Source of the DNA: a virus
Lineage: Duplodnaviria; Caudoviricetes
Direction: 5' to 3' (one strand)
Virus record (IMG/VR): IMGVR_UViG_3300005805_000364
Location: 1-27,923 of that record
Length of the DNA stretch: 27,923 bases
This document shows positions 8,931-17,441 of this stretch, piece by piece. The notes below the pieces were generated by a model. That model had not been told where the DNA came from. It saw only the letters and a list, made by a program, of their open reading frames with translations, and made no database searches. The translations under genes were made by a program, and so were the position numbers. Every line of letters begins with the position of its first letter. Positions within the stretch are counted from its first letter, which is position 1.

Positions 8931-10001
8931 TTACCTCGTATAGACAGAAATATTCGGCGCGTAGTAGATGGGCGACTTGTCTCGATTTTCTGCCTCGGCC
9001 ATCTGGAAATACTTCTCAGCTTGACCCTCAAGATACGTGATGCGAGCCAGATCCACCCCAGGCAAGATCATGCTCATCTGGTGAGCCAGCAAAAATTGGA
9101 TGGCCTGGAAGAAATACTGGGGGATTTCAAGTTCACCATACAGATCGCCCACATCCATGATCTGACGCGAATACCAGATGGTCATCTGATAAAACGGGTC
9201 TGACGGCGTCGGCCACAAAGTAATCGTGGCCTGCGGAATCGTGCGGTTGAGCCAATACTGATACGGCTGGTTGGCCGTGAAGTTCTTGTTAGGCAGGTTT
9301 GTGTAGTCGTCCCGATTCAACCGAGCCATGGTGACCTCGGTCGAATTGTTGCCAACGTAGAACTCGGCCACATCCAATGTGCCGCCGCCGGTCTCGCGCA
9401 TGCGGTAGTACTGCGCGGTCACACCAGGCTCAATGTCGTACCACAGCCACTCACCACTGACCCAAATCTCAGTGCCGGTGTCTTTCAGCAAATTCCAATT
9501 AGTGCCATCACTTGACCACTCCAAAAGGATGTGGAACGGGCCAGAAGTCGCCGGCAAAATGCCGATTGAGCCAGCATAGACCTCGTTGTACTGGCCGTAA
9601 TTGATGCCAATATGGCCGTTTGGTGCATTCTGAGCATCAGAAGTCAGAATGTTGTTGTCAAAGGCCAAGCCAGTAACGCCAGATGACGCAAAATAACCGC
9701 CGCCGGCATTGGGCGTAGGACGATTCATGCGCCGATACAAAGCATTGAGCACATCATTGCCGCCCACAGGCAGCAAGTACTCATACTGATCCATCCGAAG
9801 GCCATAGACCTTCTTGGAAACGCACCAATAGTTGATGCCCTGATTGATCAGATTGCTCAGAGTAAAGAACAGGGCCTGCTTTGCCGCTTGGACTTGCTCA
9901 ACAGTCAATTCCTCGGCCAACTTGCCCGACAGACGAGCACCTTGGTCAATGAATTTCTGTACAGAAACGACTGTTTGTCCAACGGTTCCGCTATAAGCCA
10001 T
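8931..10001 (-). CDS. Putative head-tail adaptor/neck protein with an inserted beta-sandwich (discoidin-like) domain, 356 aa
   Basis: Helical N-terminus (AKQALFFTLSNLINQGINYW), LNRDDYTNLPNK...P.QYW...LWPTP, and a helical C-terminus, as in podovirus adaptors. The insert has AFDNN...LEWSSDGTNW...AQYYRM. SD GAGGT upstream. Confidence 0.65.
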   Translation of the reverse strand: MAYSGTVGQTVVSVQKFIDQGARLSGKLAEELTVEQVQAAKQALFFTLSNLINQGINYWCVSKKVYGLRMDQYEYLLPVGGNDVLNALYRRMNRPTPNAGGGYFASSGVTGLAFDNNILTSDAQNAPNGHIGINYGQYNEVYAGSIGILPATSGPFHILLEWSSDGTNWNLLKDTGTEIWVSGEWLWYDIEPGVTAQYYRMRETGGGTLDVAEFYVGNNSTEVTMARLNRDDYTNLPNKNFTANQPYQYWLNRTIPQATITLWPTPSDPFYQMTIWYSRQIMDVGDLYGELEIPQYFFQAIQFLLAHQMSMILPGVDLARITYLEGQAEKYFQMAEAENRDKSPIYYAPNISVYTR

Positions 10002-10009
10002 GTGCTACC

Positions 10010-10264
10010 TCACCATCCTGGGCATTTCCAGCGCTTCAGGGACGCCTTAGCGCGTTCTGCATCGCCTTTTGAGTGTGCTACTACTCCTGACATTCTCGCG
10101 CAAAACGAGTCTTTGCGGGCCCCTCCTTGGGGCTGTGGAGCCTTCAGATTAGAACCAGTCTCGCGGTTGTACTTTGCCCTGCCCTTGGCCGTCAAACCGG
10201 CACCTTGGGAAGCAGGCAACTTCTCTCCGCGGCCAACAGCAAGTGAAACACCTTTTTTTGCCAT
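10010..10264 (-). CDS. Small basic conserved phage protein (KDSFCARMSG type), 84 aa
   Basis: GAGLTAKGRAKYNRETGSNLKAP...RKDSFCARMSG...SLKRWKC is a motif set I recognise from aquatic phage structural modules. Function unknown. Confidence 0.75.
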   Translation of the reverse strand: MAKKGVSLAVGRGEKLPASQGAGLTAKGRAKYNRETGSNLKAPQPQGGARKDSFCARMSGVVAHSKGDAERAKASLKRWKCPGW

Positions 10265-10266
10265 GA

Positions 10267-10845
10267 TTACCAGCAGGATTTTTTGACCTTGCCGCCAGTT
10301 GCCTTTGGCAATTTGGGAGCAGGATGTTTGCCAAGATTTGCCTTGATTGATCTCTTTATGTACTCAGGTCTTAAAGCGCGTTCTTTAAAAGCCGTTCTTT
10401 GAACGTAATCATCGCTGTAATTTTGAGAAGAAGGATCATTTTCAACAGGAATGTTTTGCAAGTTTGTTTGACCCTTGCGAGGAACTTTAAATGGCTGGTT
10501 TATGCCAATTCTTACGGCCAATGGATCTCTTCCAGGCACTCGAAACGGGAAAGCCTCAGGAACTCCACCGTCACTTATTTTGGCGGTCTTGGCAGACTGC
10601 TTAAATGCATCCGCAGTCGGAGCGCCAGGCGCACCTGGCTTACGCATCTTCTCGCCAGAACCTTTGGCAATGCGCTCGCGTTTGGCGTGAATGTTGGCAT
10701 ACAGACCACCACCATCCGCTTTTTTGGCGCGACGCTGAACATCGTAGGCAATTGCCACTGCCTGTTTCTGTGGCTTGCCAGCAGCAATCTCAGCCTTAAT
10801 GTTGGACTTGAATGCTTTTTCTGATTTGGATTTAGTCAAAGGCAT
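10267..10845 (-). CDS. Basic modular protein: three segments delimited by G-G motifs, 192 aa
   Basis: Segment 1 MPLTKSKSEKAFKSNIKAEIAAGKPQKQAVAIAY; KADGG; segment 2 GLYANIHAKRERI...AKTAK; ISDGG; segment 3; terminal KATGGKV. Confidence 0.75.
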   Translation of the reverse strand: MPLTKSKSEKAFKSNIKAEIAAGKPQKQAVAIAYDVQRRAKKADGGGLYANIHAKRERIAKGSGEKMRKPGAPGAPTADAFKQSAKTAKISDGGVPEAFPFRVPGRDPLAVRIGINQPFKVPRKGQTNLQNIPVENDPSSQNYSDDYVQRTAFKERALRPEYIKRSIKANLGKHPAPKLPKATGGKVKKSCW

Positions 10846-11433
10846 TTAGGCCACCTGTTGCATAGACACGACCACAGACTGGGTCGATGGAATTGCAGGG
10901 GTTGTTTGTGCAGCATAGAACGGCACAGTCACATTTGTTGAGGTTGGCAACCAAACAATTTCAACATACTGACCTGCAGTCAATGTTAGAAAGTAATTCC
11001 AGCCAATGATTGAATGAAAAGGATCAGAAGGATTTTTCCGCGCAGGCATACCAACTTTGCCAGCAGAACCATTTACGTCTGTACCATTGACCCGCAGCCA
11101 AATATAAATATCTTGAGGGGCAACATCTGTGCTTTGCACTTGCACACTAAATTGCAAGTTGTATGTACCAGCAACAGGAACCGTCAACCGGCTGTTGCTT
11201 GCCACGGTCACGCCGCCAGCATAGTCGGTTGTGTTGAATGTAAATGCTGTGCCTACACTAGTTGAGCCAGTTTGCGTTGCTCCGCTTGAGAACGCGCCAG
11301 CATTACCTCTAGTAAATGCCGTCAAGTTTGATAGCGTTGACTTGACATTTGCGCCAGACTGAACCAGAGGCACAAGTTCTGCACCAGTCAGCGTTGCTGC
11401 TGACGGCATTGCTGAGATTTTGGTATCTGCCAT
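10846..11433 (-). CDS. Short virion appendage protein with a C1q/TNF-like beta-sandwich C-terminal domain, 195 aa
   Basis: N-terminal ADTKISAMP...LVPLVQSG anchor. The C-terminus has SRLTVPVAGTYNLQFSVQ...IWLRVNG...LTAGQYVEIVW, a C1q/BclA-CTD-like pattern. Confidence 0.75.
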   Translation of the reverse strand: MADTKISAMPSAATLTGAELVPLVQSGANVKSTLSNLTAFTRGNAGAFSSGATQTGSTSVGTAFTFNTTDYAGGVTVASNSRLTVPVAGTYNLQFSVQVQSTDVAPQDIYIWLRVNGTDVNGSAGKVGMPARKNPSDPFHSIIGWNYFLTLTAGQYVEIVWLPTSTNVTVPFYAAQTTPAIPSTQSVVVSMQQVA

Positions 11434-11666
11434 TAGTTGCTCTCCAATTCAATCTTGCTGCCGTCTTCTTGCAAGACGTAACCAGTCGATTCCATCAAAA
11501 TGTAGTATTTGACCCGTGCTGCACCACCGTAGAGGTCAACAACACCGTTGTCGCCCACATCATCGCCCGGTGTTGCACCTACTACGTTTGCGGCACTGGT
11601 ATCCGCAGCAAATCCGTCTGTGGTATTTGCTTGGTTGGCAACGCCTGTGTAGCCAACATAAGGCAT
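11433..11666 (-). CDS. Small acidic structural-module protein, 77 aa
   Basis: Fills the gap between neighbours exactly, with a TAATG overlap into the next gene. C-terminal YILMESTGYVLQEDGSKIELE motif. Confidence 0.7.
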   Translation of the reverse strand: MPYVGYTGVANQANTTDGFAADTSAANVVGATPGDDVGDNGVVDLYGGAARVKYYILMESTGYVLQEDGSKIELESN

Positions 11667-11667
11667 G

Positions 11668-11970
11668 TCAGATGCCCGCTTGAATCAGGTTTAGAGTTGC
11701 ACTGCCATCACCTGAATTGACCAAAACTTTGATCCCAGTCACAGGAAATGCGTAGTTGCCGTCCTGATTGTCAGTCTTGCTGGCAATCGTAGGATGGCTG
11801 TACCAAGTCGTAAATCCCACCGCGGGATCATCAAAAGTGTGCTGCACGGTGTAGTTCACAGTGCCAGACACCACAACACCAAATCCCACATTGAAAGGGC
11901 TGATGTTCGTATTCATCACCAGGGCAGGGCTTGAGCCTGTGCCGGTCTTGGAAACAGTCTGAACTTTCAT
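11668..11970 (-). CDS. Beta-rich structural protein, 100 aa
   Basis: SD GAGGA upstream. All-beta pattern (VSGTVNYTVQHTFDD...PVTGIKVLVNSG). Confidence 0.75.
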   Translation of the reverse strand: MKVQTVSKTGTGSSPALVMNTNISPFNVGFGVVVSGTVNYTVQHTFDDPAVGFTTWYSHPTIASKTDNQDGNYAFPVTGIKVLVNSGDGSATLNLIQAGI

Positions 11971-11981
11971 GTCAATTCCTC

Positions 11982-12009
11982 AAAAAAAGCAGGGGCCGAA
12001 GCCCCCGCT
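11982..12009 (-). terminator. Rho-independent terminator
   Basis: The minus strand reads AGCGGGGGC-TTCG-GCCCCTGC-TTTTTTT right after the stop at 12012: a GC stem, a UUCG loop and seven U. Confidence 0.85.
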
Positions 12010-12011
12010 CT

Positions 12012-13379
12012 TCAGCACTTCATTGAGCCGCCACGCTTTCTAGACGGCGTCACCGTGACCGATTCCTTGGTCTTGGTAACAGCGCCTGGCGCTTTGTCAG
12101 CACCAGTCATGCCGCTAAAAAGAGACCTTGCGCCTTGGTAAAGCCGGCGAGGAACGCTACGAATGGCCTTAGCCATGTCCATCTCGCTCTCGCTGGGGCC
12201 AATGCTCTTGTCATAAGCACCTTTGCTCGCGTCTTCCAAGCCGCCTTCAGCATGGCGCTTGACCTTGCCTCCGCGCTTGAAAGTACCAGATTGCAAGCTG
12301 TTAGCCACGGGCGGGCTGATGAAATGGTGAGGCATCTTTACTGCCTTACCATCATCAACAACGTTGCCCCCCGTGGCGTAGTGCTTTTTTGAGGCATGGC
12401 CTCCATGCTTGTAGCCACCAGCGTTGGCCTCTTTGACCTCACCAGTCTTGGTGTTGGTCTTGCCAGCCTTAGCAGTATTGGCAGGCCGGTTTTCCCAATT
12501 ACCACCTTCGACAGTGGTACGGGTCAACTTGCTGTCAATCGCGCCGCCAGAGGCGTATTTCATGGCCTTGCCACCATGTTTGAAGCCGCCAGCATTAGCC
12601 ATCTTAACGCCACCAGTGGTGCCATTAGTCTTGCCCTTGCCGGCAGTGTTCATCTTGGTGTTTTCGTATGCGCCCTCATTGCCCATAATGGAGCCACCCA
12701 TGGCATAGCCTCCCGGCTTGCCTTCCTTGACCTCACCAGTGCCGTGAGCAGTGTCCTTCTTTGCCGTATCAACTTTGGTCTTGGCATAAGGCTTGACACT
12801 GTTCTTCAGCGTGGTCTTGGTCTCGGCTGCATCAATCTCGCCACCAGAGGCTTTGCCGTGCGCTTTTGCCGCAGACATTGACTCATGATGCTTGAGTTCT
12901 TTCTCAAGTTTGGCGCAATCAGCAGCAGTGGAACCACCCTTCTTCATGCCCATGAGAGCACGACGAACAGCAGCAGCACGACTTGCTCGAGCAGCAGGGG
13001 CCATTGCAGCCAAAGCAGGACGACCCATCGGTGACATAGCAGGACGAGCCATGGCAGCGCCAGAGCCCATCGGAGCAGCACCACCAAGAGCACCAGCGCC
13101 CATACCGCCAGGCATTGCCCCGCCCATCTGCTTGTGAGCGACTTTGCCGCCCTTGGCATACATGTTGGGGTTCATCGCCTTACGGCGAGCAGCCATCGGA
13201 GGCTTCTTGGGCGCTTTACCGCTTTCAGCAGCATCAAAAGGATTGCCACCAGAAGTCTGACTCATGGATTTGAATCCATCGTCATGACCCTTGGCCTTGA
13301 CTTTTCCACCTTTTTTGAGCTTCAGGATCACTGAGGGCTCATCGGTGTACATCTTCACCATTGGTTTGAATTGGCCCAT
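12012..13379 (-). CDS. Lys/Gly/Ala/Met-rich low-complexity protein with 13 x-[AK]-x-G-G-type motifs; putative internal virion protein, 455 aa
   Basis: Start moved to the ATG at 13379 (SD GAGGAGG). Lies between the capsid-linked genes and the terminator. Motifs LKKGG, YAKGG, MKKGG, YAMGG, FKHGG, YASGG, YATGG, FKRGG and others. Confidence 0.75.
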   Translation of the reverse strand: MGQFKPMVKMYTDEPSVILKLKKGGKVKAKGHDDGFKSMSQTSGGNPFDAAESGKAPKKPPMAARRKAMNPNMYAKGGKVAHKQMGGAMPGGMGAGALGGAAPMGSGAAMARPAMSPMGRPALAAMAPAARASRAAAVRRALMGMKKGGSTAADCAKLEKELKHHESMSAAKAHGKASGGEIDAAETKTTLKNSVKPYAKTKVDTAKKDTAHGTGEVKEGKPGGYAMGGSIMGNEGAYENTKMNTAGKGKTNGTTGGVKMANAGGFKHGGKAMKYASGGAIDSKLTRTTVEGGNWENRPANTAKAGKTNTKTGEVKEANAGGYKHGGHASKKHYATGGNVVDDGKAVKMPHHFISPPVANSLQSGTFKRGGKVKRHAEGGLEDASKGAYDKSIGPSESEMDMAKAIRSVPRRLYQGARSLFSGMTGADKAPGAVTKTKESVTVTPSRKRGGSMKC

Positions 13380-13390
13380 GATATGCCTCC

Positions 13391-13840
13391 TCAAACTTTC
13401 TGAGCGTAAACCACAGTCAGGCGATAAATCCCCTGAGTGGTGGAGATCGTGCCGTTGGGGTCAACGGTGATCACAACGCTTTGATTGGTGCTGACATCAG
13501 CCATTGCAGCCAATTGAGCAGCCGTGAATGTCAAAGCAATCCGCCCGCCACCAATGACATCTGTTGAAGACACATATTGTGTGCCTGCAGCAGCAGTGCC
13601 AATGGTCATTGCAATTGCAGTCGCTGTGCCGCCGCCTACAACTTCATCTTGCACAGTATCAACAAAGAAATTGATGATCTGAGAAGAAGCCGGAATGGTG
13701 ATAGTGCTGGACACAGCAGTACCAGCGGCAACAGTGGTTACCGTGGTAGTTTGTGCCAAAACCATGAAACCACCATCAGTGGTATCGGTCAACGTGCCAG
13801 AGCCTGCCCGAACGGTACTTCCAAAGTACGTTTGTGCCAT
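13391..13840 (-). CDS. Capsid-associated beta-rich structural protein, 149 aa
   Basis: Start moved to the ATG at 13840 (SD AAGGAG). Immediately follows the major capsid gene. Pattern IPASSQII...IGTAAAGTQY...G.YRLTVVY. Confidence 0.75.
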   Translation of the reverse strand: MAQTYFGSTVRAGSGTLTDTTDGGFMVLAQTTTVTTVAAGTAVSSTITIPASSQIINFFVDTVQDEVVGGGTATAIAMTIGTAAAGTQYVSSTDVIGGGRIALTFTAAQLAAMADVSTNQSVVITVDPNGTISTTQGIYRLTVVYAQKV

Positions 13841-13858
13841 TGTCTTTCTCCTTAGTGG

Positions 13859-13880
13859 AGCAGGGGCCGAAGCCCCCACT
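13859..13880 (-). promoter_or_regulatory. UUCG hairpin after the capsid gene, without a U-tract
   Basis: AGTGGGGGC-TTCG-GCCCCTGCT, 21/22 identical to the terminator hairpin at 11988-12009, but followed by CCACTAAGGAG instead of poly-T. Confidence 0.65.
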
Positions 13881-13885
13881 TAGGT

Positions 13886-14800
13886 TTAGACGCCGGGAGT
13901 GCCGAAAGCGCAACGGGGGTCAGTGAAGCCCAGGTCGTAACGCTCAGTGGCCTTGTAGCGCATCGAGTCGGTCTCGAAATCGCCTTCCATGGTCTTCTCC
14001 AGACGACGACGCATCAGGAGCTTGAAGCCCTCCGGTGCATCGGTCTGAACCCACCATGCGGTGCTCGAGGTCAGACGCGACAGAACAGCGGCACCCTCAT
14101 CCAGCAAGCCGATCGACTTGACGGGGTTGATGTCGTTGTTGGCGTTGCCAGTACGCAGAACCGACTTCAGCAGAACTTCAGCCTGGAAGATGTTGCCAGG
14201 GGCCACGATCAGTTGACGCGGCACCAGACGGATCTTCTTGCCGTTGTTGTCCACAGCCTGACGGATCTGGATCAGCATCTGCTCGAGCGAGGTCTGCGAC
14301 AGGTTAGCGGCAGTAGCCAGCAAGTTGCTGAAGGTGCCGTTAACAATCGGGTGCGAAGCACTGTTCAGTGCAACACCGTCGCCACCAGGGTACGACGCAT
14401 TAAAGGCGGTGTTCAGCACGTTCGCTGCCAGCAGTTCTTTGGTTTCCACCAGAGACTGTGCCAGGTGACGGGCATACACTTGACCAATACGGATATGGTC
14501 GCCGTCTTCCACCAGCACTTTGGTCAGCGCGAACGCCAGACCATATACCTTGTACAGGTAACGCTTGAGGAAGAGAACGCCACCCTGCTGATAGGTCACC
14601 GGGGTGCCATCAGGCAGTTGGGGCGCTGCGCCGAAACCGTACAGGACGGGCTCTTCATGATAGTTACGGGGAATGCCGTCTTCTTCGCGGAACACACGGC
14701 TCCACTCGTCGGCACGTTGATCATAGACTCCGTCGAAACACTCGTTGAGAATTGGCTCAACAATCGAACGAAAGTCCGTACTACGCATAGGTGCGGCCAT
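13886..14800 (-). CDS. Major capsid protein (HK97 fold, Mu gpT-like family pattern), 304 aa
   Basis: YGLAFALTKVLVED, GGDGVALNSASHP, PRQLIVAP, NDINPV, DFETDSMRYKATERYDLGFTDPR...GTPG. Strong SD AAGGAG and biased codon usage. Confidence 0.92.
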   Translation of the reverse strand: MAAPMRSTDFRSIVEPILNECFDGVYDQRADEWSRVFREEDGIPRNYHEEPVLYGFGAAPQLPDGTPVTYQQGGVLFLKRYLYKVYGLAFALTKVLVEDGDHIRIGQVYARHLAQSLVETKELLAANVLNTAFNASYPGGDGVALNSASHPIVNGTFSNLLATAANLSQTSLEQMLIQIRQAVDNNGKKIRLVPRQLIVAPGNIFQAEVLLKSVLRTGNANNDINPVKSIGLLDEGAAVLSRLTSSTAWWVQTDAPEGFKLLMRRRLEKTMEGDFETDSMRYKATERYDLGFTDPRCAFGTPGV

Positions 14801-14817
14801 TTTTGACTACTCCTTAA

Positions 14818-15414
14818 TTAAGCAATAGCGGTGACAGCACCGAAGAATTGCGAGTTAGCACACACGACACGCACAATAGTGAAATTGTCGCCCCAAGCAT
14901 TGTCCGGGTACGGAGCAACGTCAACAACACGCATTTGACCCTGAACACCAGAGCCCACAGCAGTTGCCGAGCCAAGAGTGGCGGCAGACAAGCCAGTGGT
15001 GGTGGAACCAGCGGTCACGTTGGTGAAGTTGAACTCGTTGCCAATGGTGGTCTGAGCCATTGAGCCGTCAGCCTGAATTTCATAAACGATGTTTTGATCG
15101 TTGTAGAAATAGGCAACGCAAGAACCAGCCGTATAGGCGGTATTTGCAGGCCAATAGTTAGACACGCGAGCACGACCAGTGGTGTCAGTAAACTCAACGC
15201 CAGAAAAAGCACCAACCCAAGCACCAGAAGTGGTGGCAGGGGTGATAGTGCCCAGAGTACCGCCAATAGCGGTGGTTTGATAACGGACTGGTTGACCTTT
15301 GTAAATTGCGGTCGAAAAGCCCGAGGGAATACCGCCAGCGAGCGCCTGAGCGCGATCCAGACCAGAGGGATGGAACGCAGGACGCAGGCCGAACGGAGCA
15401 GAGGTTGCACTCAT
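14818..15414 (-). CDS. Capsid decoration/minor capsid-type protein, 198 aa
   Basis: N-terminal APFGLRP and motifs IYKGQPV, GAFSGVEFTD, VYEIQAD, GSTTTGLS. Directly upstream of the capsid gene. SD AAGGAG. Confidence 0.7.
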   Translation of the reverse strand: MSATSAPFGLRPAFHPSGLDRAQALAGGIPSGFSTAIYKGQPVRYQTTAIGGTLGTITPATTSGAWVGAFSGVEFTDTTGRARVSNYWPANTAYTAGSCVAYFYNDQNIVYEIQADGSMAQTTIGNEFNFTNVTAGSTTTGLSAATLGSATAVGSGVQGQMRVVDVAPYPDNAWGDNFTIVRVVCANSQFFGAVTAIA

Positions 15415-15426
15415 AGTAACTCCTTG

Positions 15427-15975
15427 TTAACCCGCAAATACGGGTGTTCGGTTGGGTTGCGATTCAATAGAGCCAATACCCTCGCCTTCGACGTTAACCA
15501 GCGACCGTCCGTTGCTGTCACGCTGACCCTGGAGATTTTCCACCTGGACACGAATCTTCTCAGCCTCTTCACGAGGTTTCTCGTGATGGTGATAAGTCAT
15601 AACTTCCTGGTAAATATCCATGGGCAACTTGAACAGCAACATCTCGTTGCAGGAGATATACCCAACATGCTCGCCTGACTTCACTCGATAATCTTCGTAG
15701 CCGGGAAACTCATCCGCTTTCACGGGAACGTATCCAAGGCGCATCCGCTTATCAATGCTGTCGTAGCTGTTGGTTGTCGAGAGCCAGCAAAGGTGCCACC
15801 CGTCGATTTCGGGCAGTTTTGGCAATGCTGATTGCGTCCATTCCTCGCTCCACATCCTGCGACGTTCCTGCGTAGAAATGAACTTTTCTTCCGGTGCGCG
15901 GCGACCAGCGTCCTCGCTTGCGCGATCATGACGACCGCCGGCACTGAGAGATTTTTTAAGACGAGATTCAGACAT
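15427..15975 (-). CDS. Conserved head-module protein, 182 aa
   Basis: GWHLCWLS...RMRLGYVPVK...MLLFKLP pattern. Lies between the scaffold and capsid genes. SD AGGGG. Confidence 0.7.
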   Translation of the reverse strand: MSESRLKKSLSAGGRHDRASEDAGRRAPEEKFISTQERRRMWSEEWTQSALPKLPEIDGWHLCWLSTTNSYDSIDKRMRLGYVPVKADEFPGYEDYRVKSGEHVGYISCNEMLLFKLPMDIYQEVMTYHHHEKPREEAEKIRVQVENLQGQRDSNGRSLVNVEGEGIGSIESQPNRTPVFAG

Positions 15976-15993
15976 GATGTTTTCCCCTAAGAA

Positions 15994-16971
15994 TTAGTTG
16001 CGGATACCGTTAGCACGATCATAGGCAATGAATTGCCTAATCATCTTCTGCTTGCGTTCAGGATTGTCCCAAGCACCAGCTTCTTTCATCGCCTTTACCC
16101 TTTCAGGTGAAAGCGTGAACTGGCTGCGATTAACGCCACCATAAGCCGCTGATGCTTCTCGTCCAGAACTTCCCACAACATTCCTCGGTCGTCTGACTTC
16201 ACGGTTGTCGTCGTCATTGGAATCATTGTAGCGGTGTGGCAATTCTTTTTGCAAACGGCTAGTCAACTCTTCCCAATAATCTGGATCTGCCGGGTTCCAG
16301 CCCTGAGCAGACATCAATTCATCAATCTTTTTTGCCACCCGGCTGTCCGGGTCAGTTGCCGCTGGGTTGTACCAAGAGTTCTTGCGAATCCACTGTGCAG
16401 CCAGTTTCTGCACCTGGGGATCAGGCAGGTTTTCCTGCTGTGGCCGGCGCAATTCAGCATCAGCCCGCTCACGAACACCAGTCAGATTGCGAACTTCTTC
16501 ATGGGCGTTCTGCCAAAGAGTCTGCGCCTCCACCATGGCCTGCCCATCATTGTTTTGGGTGGCCTCGGCAAGTTTCATCTTGGCATATTCCAGGCGAACC
16601 TGGGCGTCCTCAATGTTCTTTTCAATGCGGGTAATCTGCTCTGCCTTGGTATTTCGCTCCAACTGGGCCAGCCGGCGCTTAAATTCCTCGTTTTCACGGG
16701 CTAATTGCTGCAGACGAACGTCTTTTTCCTGATTTGTCTTGCGAATCAGTTCTTTTTTAGCCCGACGACGATTGCGCTTGGCAGAACGCAGTTCAGCATC
16801 GTCGTCTGGATGGTCTTCGTCATCGGCATTGACATTTCCACCATCACTTTTGACATCCAAATCGACTTCTTCCACGCCATCAAGCATGGTTTCAGGCAAA
16901 TCGACCGTTGCAGACCCGTCTTGAGCCTCCATAACGGCAATTTCGTCGTCTTTTTCCTTGGGATCAGCCAT
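15994..16971 (-). CDS. Putative capsid scaffolding protein, 325 aa
   Basis: Acidic N-terminus, long coiled coil, W..KNSWY motif, and C-terminal LSPERVKAMKEAG helix. Position between portal and capsid genes. SD GAGGAG. Confidence 0.7.
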   Translation of the reverse strand: MADPKEKDDEIAVMEAQDGSATVDLPETMLDGVEEVDLDVKSDGGNVNADDEDHPDDDAELRSAKRNRRRAKKELIRKTNQEKDVRLQQLARENEEFKRRLAQLERNTKAEQITRIEKNIEDAQVRLEYAKMKLAEATQNNDGQAMVEAQTLWQNAHEEVRNLTGVRERADAELRRPQQENLPDPQVQKLAAQWIRKNSWYNPAATDPDSRVAKKIDELMSAQGWNPADPDYWEELTSRLQKELPHRYNDSNDDDNREVRRPRNVVGSSGREASAAYGGVNRSQFTLSPERVKAMKEAGAWDNPERKQKMIRQFIAYDRANGIRN

Positions 16972-16982
16972 TTTTTCTCTCC

Positions 16983-17441
16983 TCAGACGTAGGCTTTGAA
17001 CGAAAGGGGATTGCCGGTGACCTTGGCAATCAATTCGTGGTCATTTAGGGTCATGAAAAGCACTGGATCTTCCAGGTCGTCCTCGCCGGGAACGCGAATT
17101 TCCCAACGATCACCGCCCCATTTGGGCACCCGAACATAATCTCCGACCTGCGCCCATGTGCCCTCAGGCCATGGCTGCATCGTGTCGCGGTTTTTGAAGG
17201 CCAAAGGGCCCATCGCAACCACCTGACCGATCATGTTGTTCCACTTTTCGTTCTCTTTGGTCTCTTCCACCAAGATAATCCTGCCCGCGGTCTTCTTTTT
17301 GATGCGGCGCAATTGGATTACTACGCGCCCTCCAAAAGGCTGCATGCCAGGCTTTACCTTGGGAAATGCCCACTCCAGTTCTTGAGGATCTGGAATATCG
17401 TCAGTCGTCTCAAAAGAAACGATCTTTTTTACTTCACTCAC
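16983..17441 (-). CDS. groES: GroES/Cpn10-like co-chaperonin, 152 aa
   Basis: QPFGGRVVI...KTAGRIIL...GQVVAMGP...VGDYV...LNDHELIAKV match Cpn10 motifs. GTG start at 17441 with SD AAGGAG 6 nt upstream. Confidence 0.85.
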   Translation of the reverse strand: MSEVKKIVSFETTDDIPDPQELEWAFPKVKPGMQPFGGRVVIQLRRIKKKTAGRIILVEETKENEKWNNMIGQVVAMGPLAFKNRDTMQPWPEGTWAQVGDYVRVPKWGGDRWEIRVPGEDDLEDPVLFMTLNDHELIAKVTGNPLSFKAYV

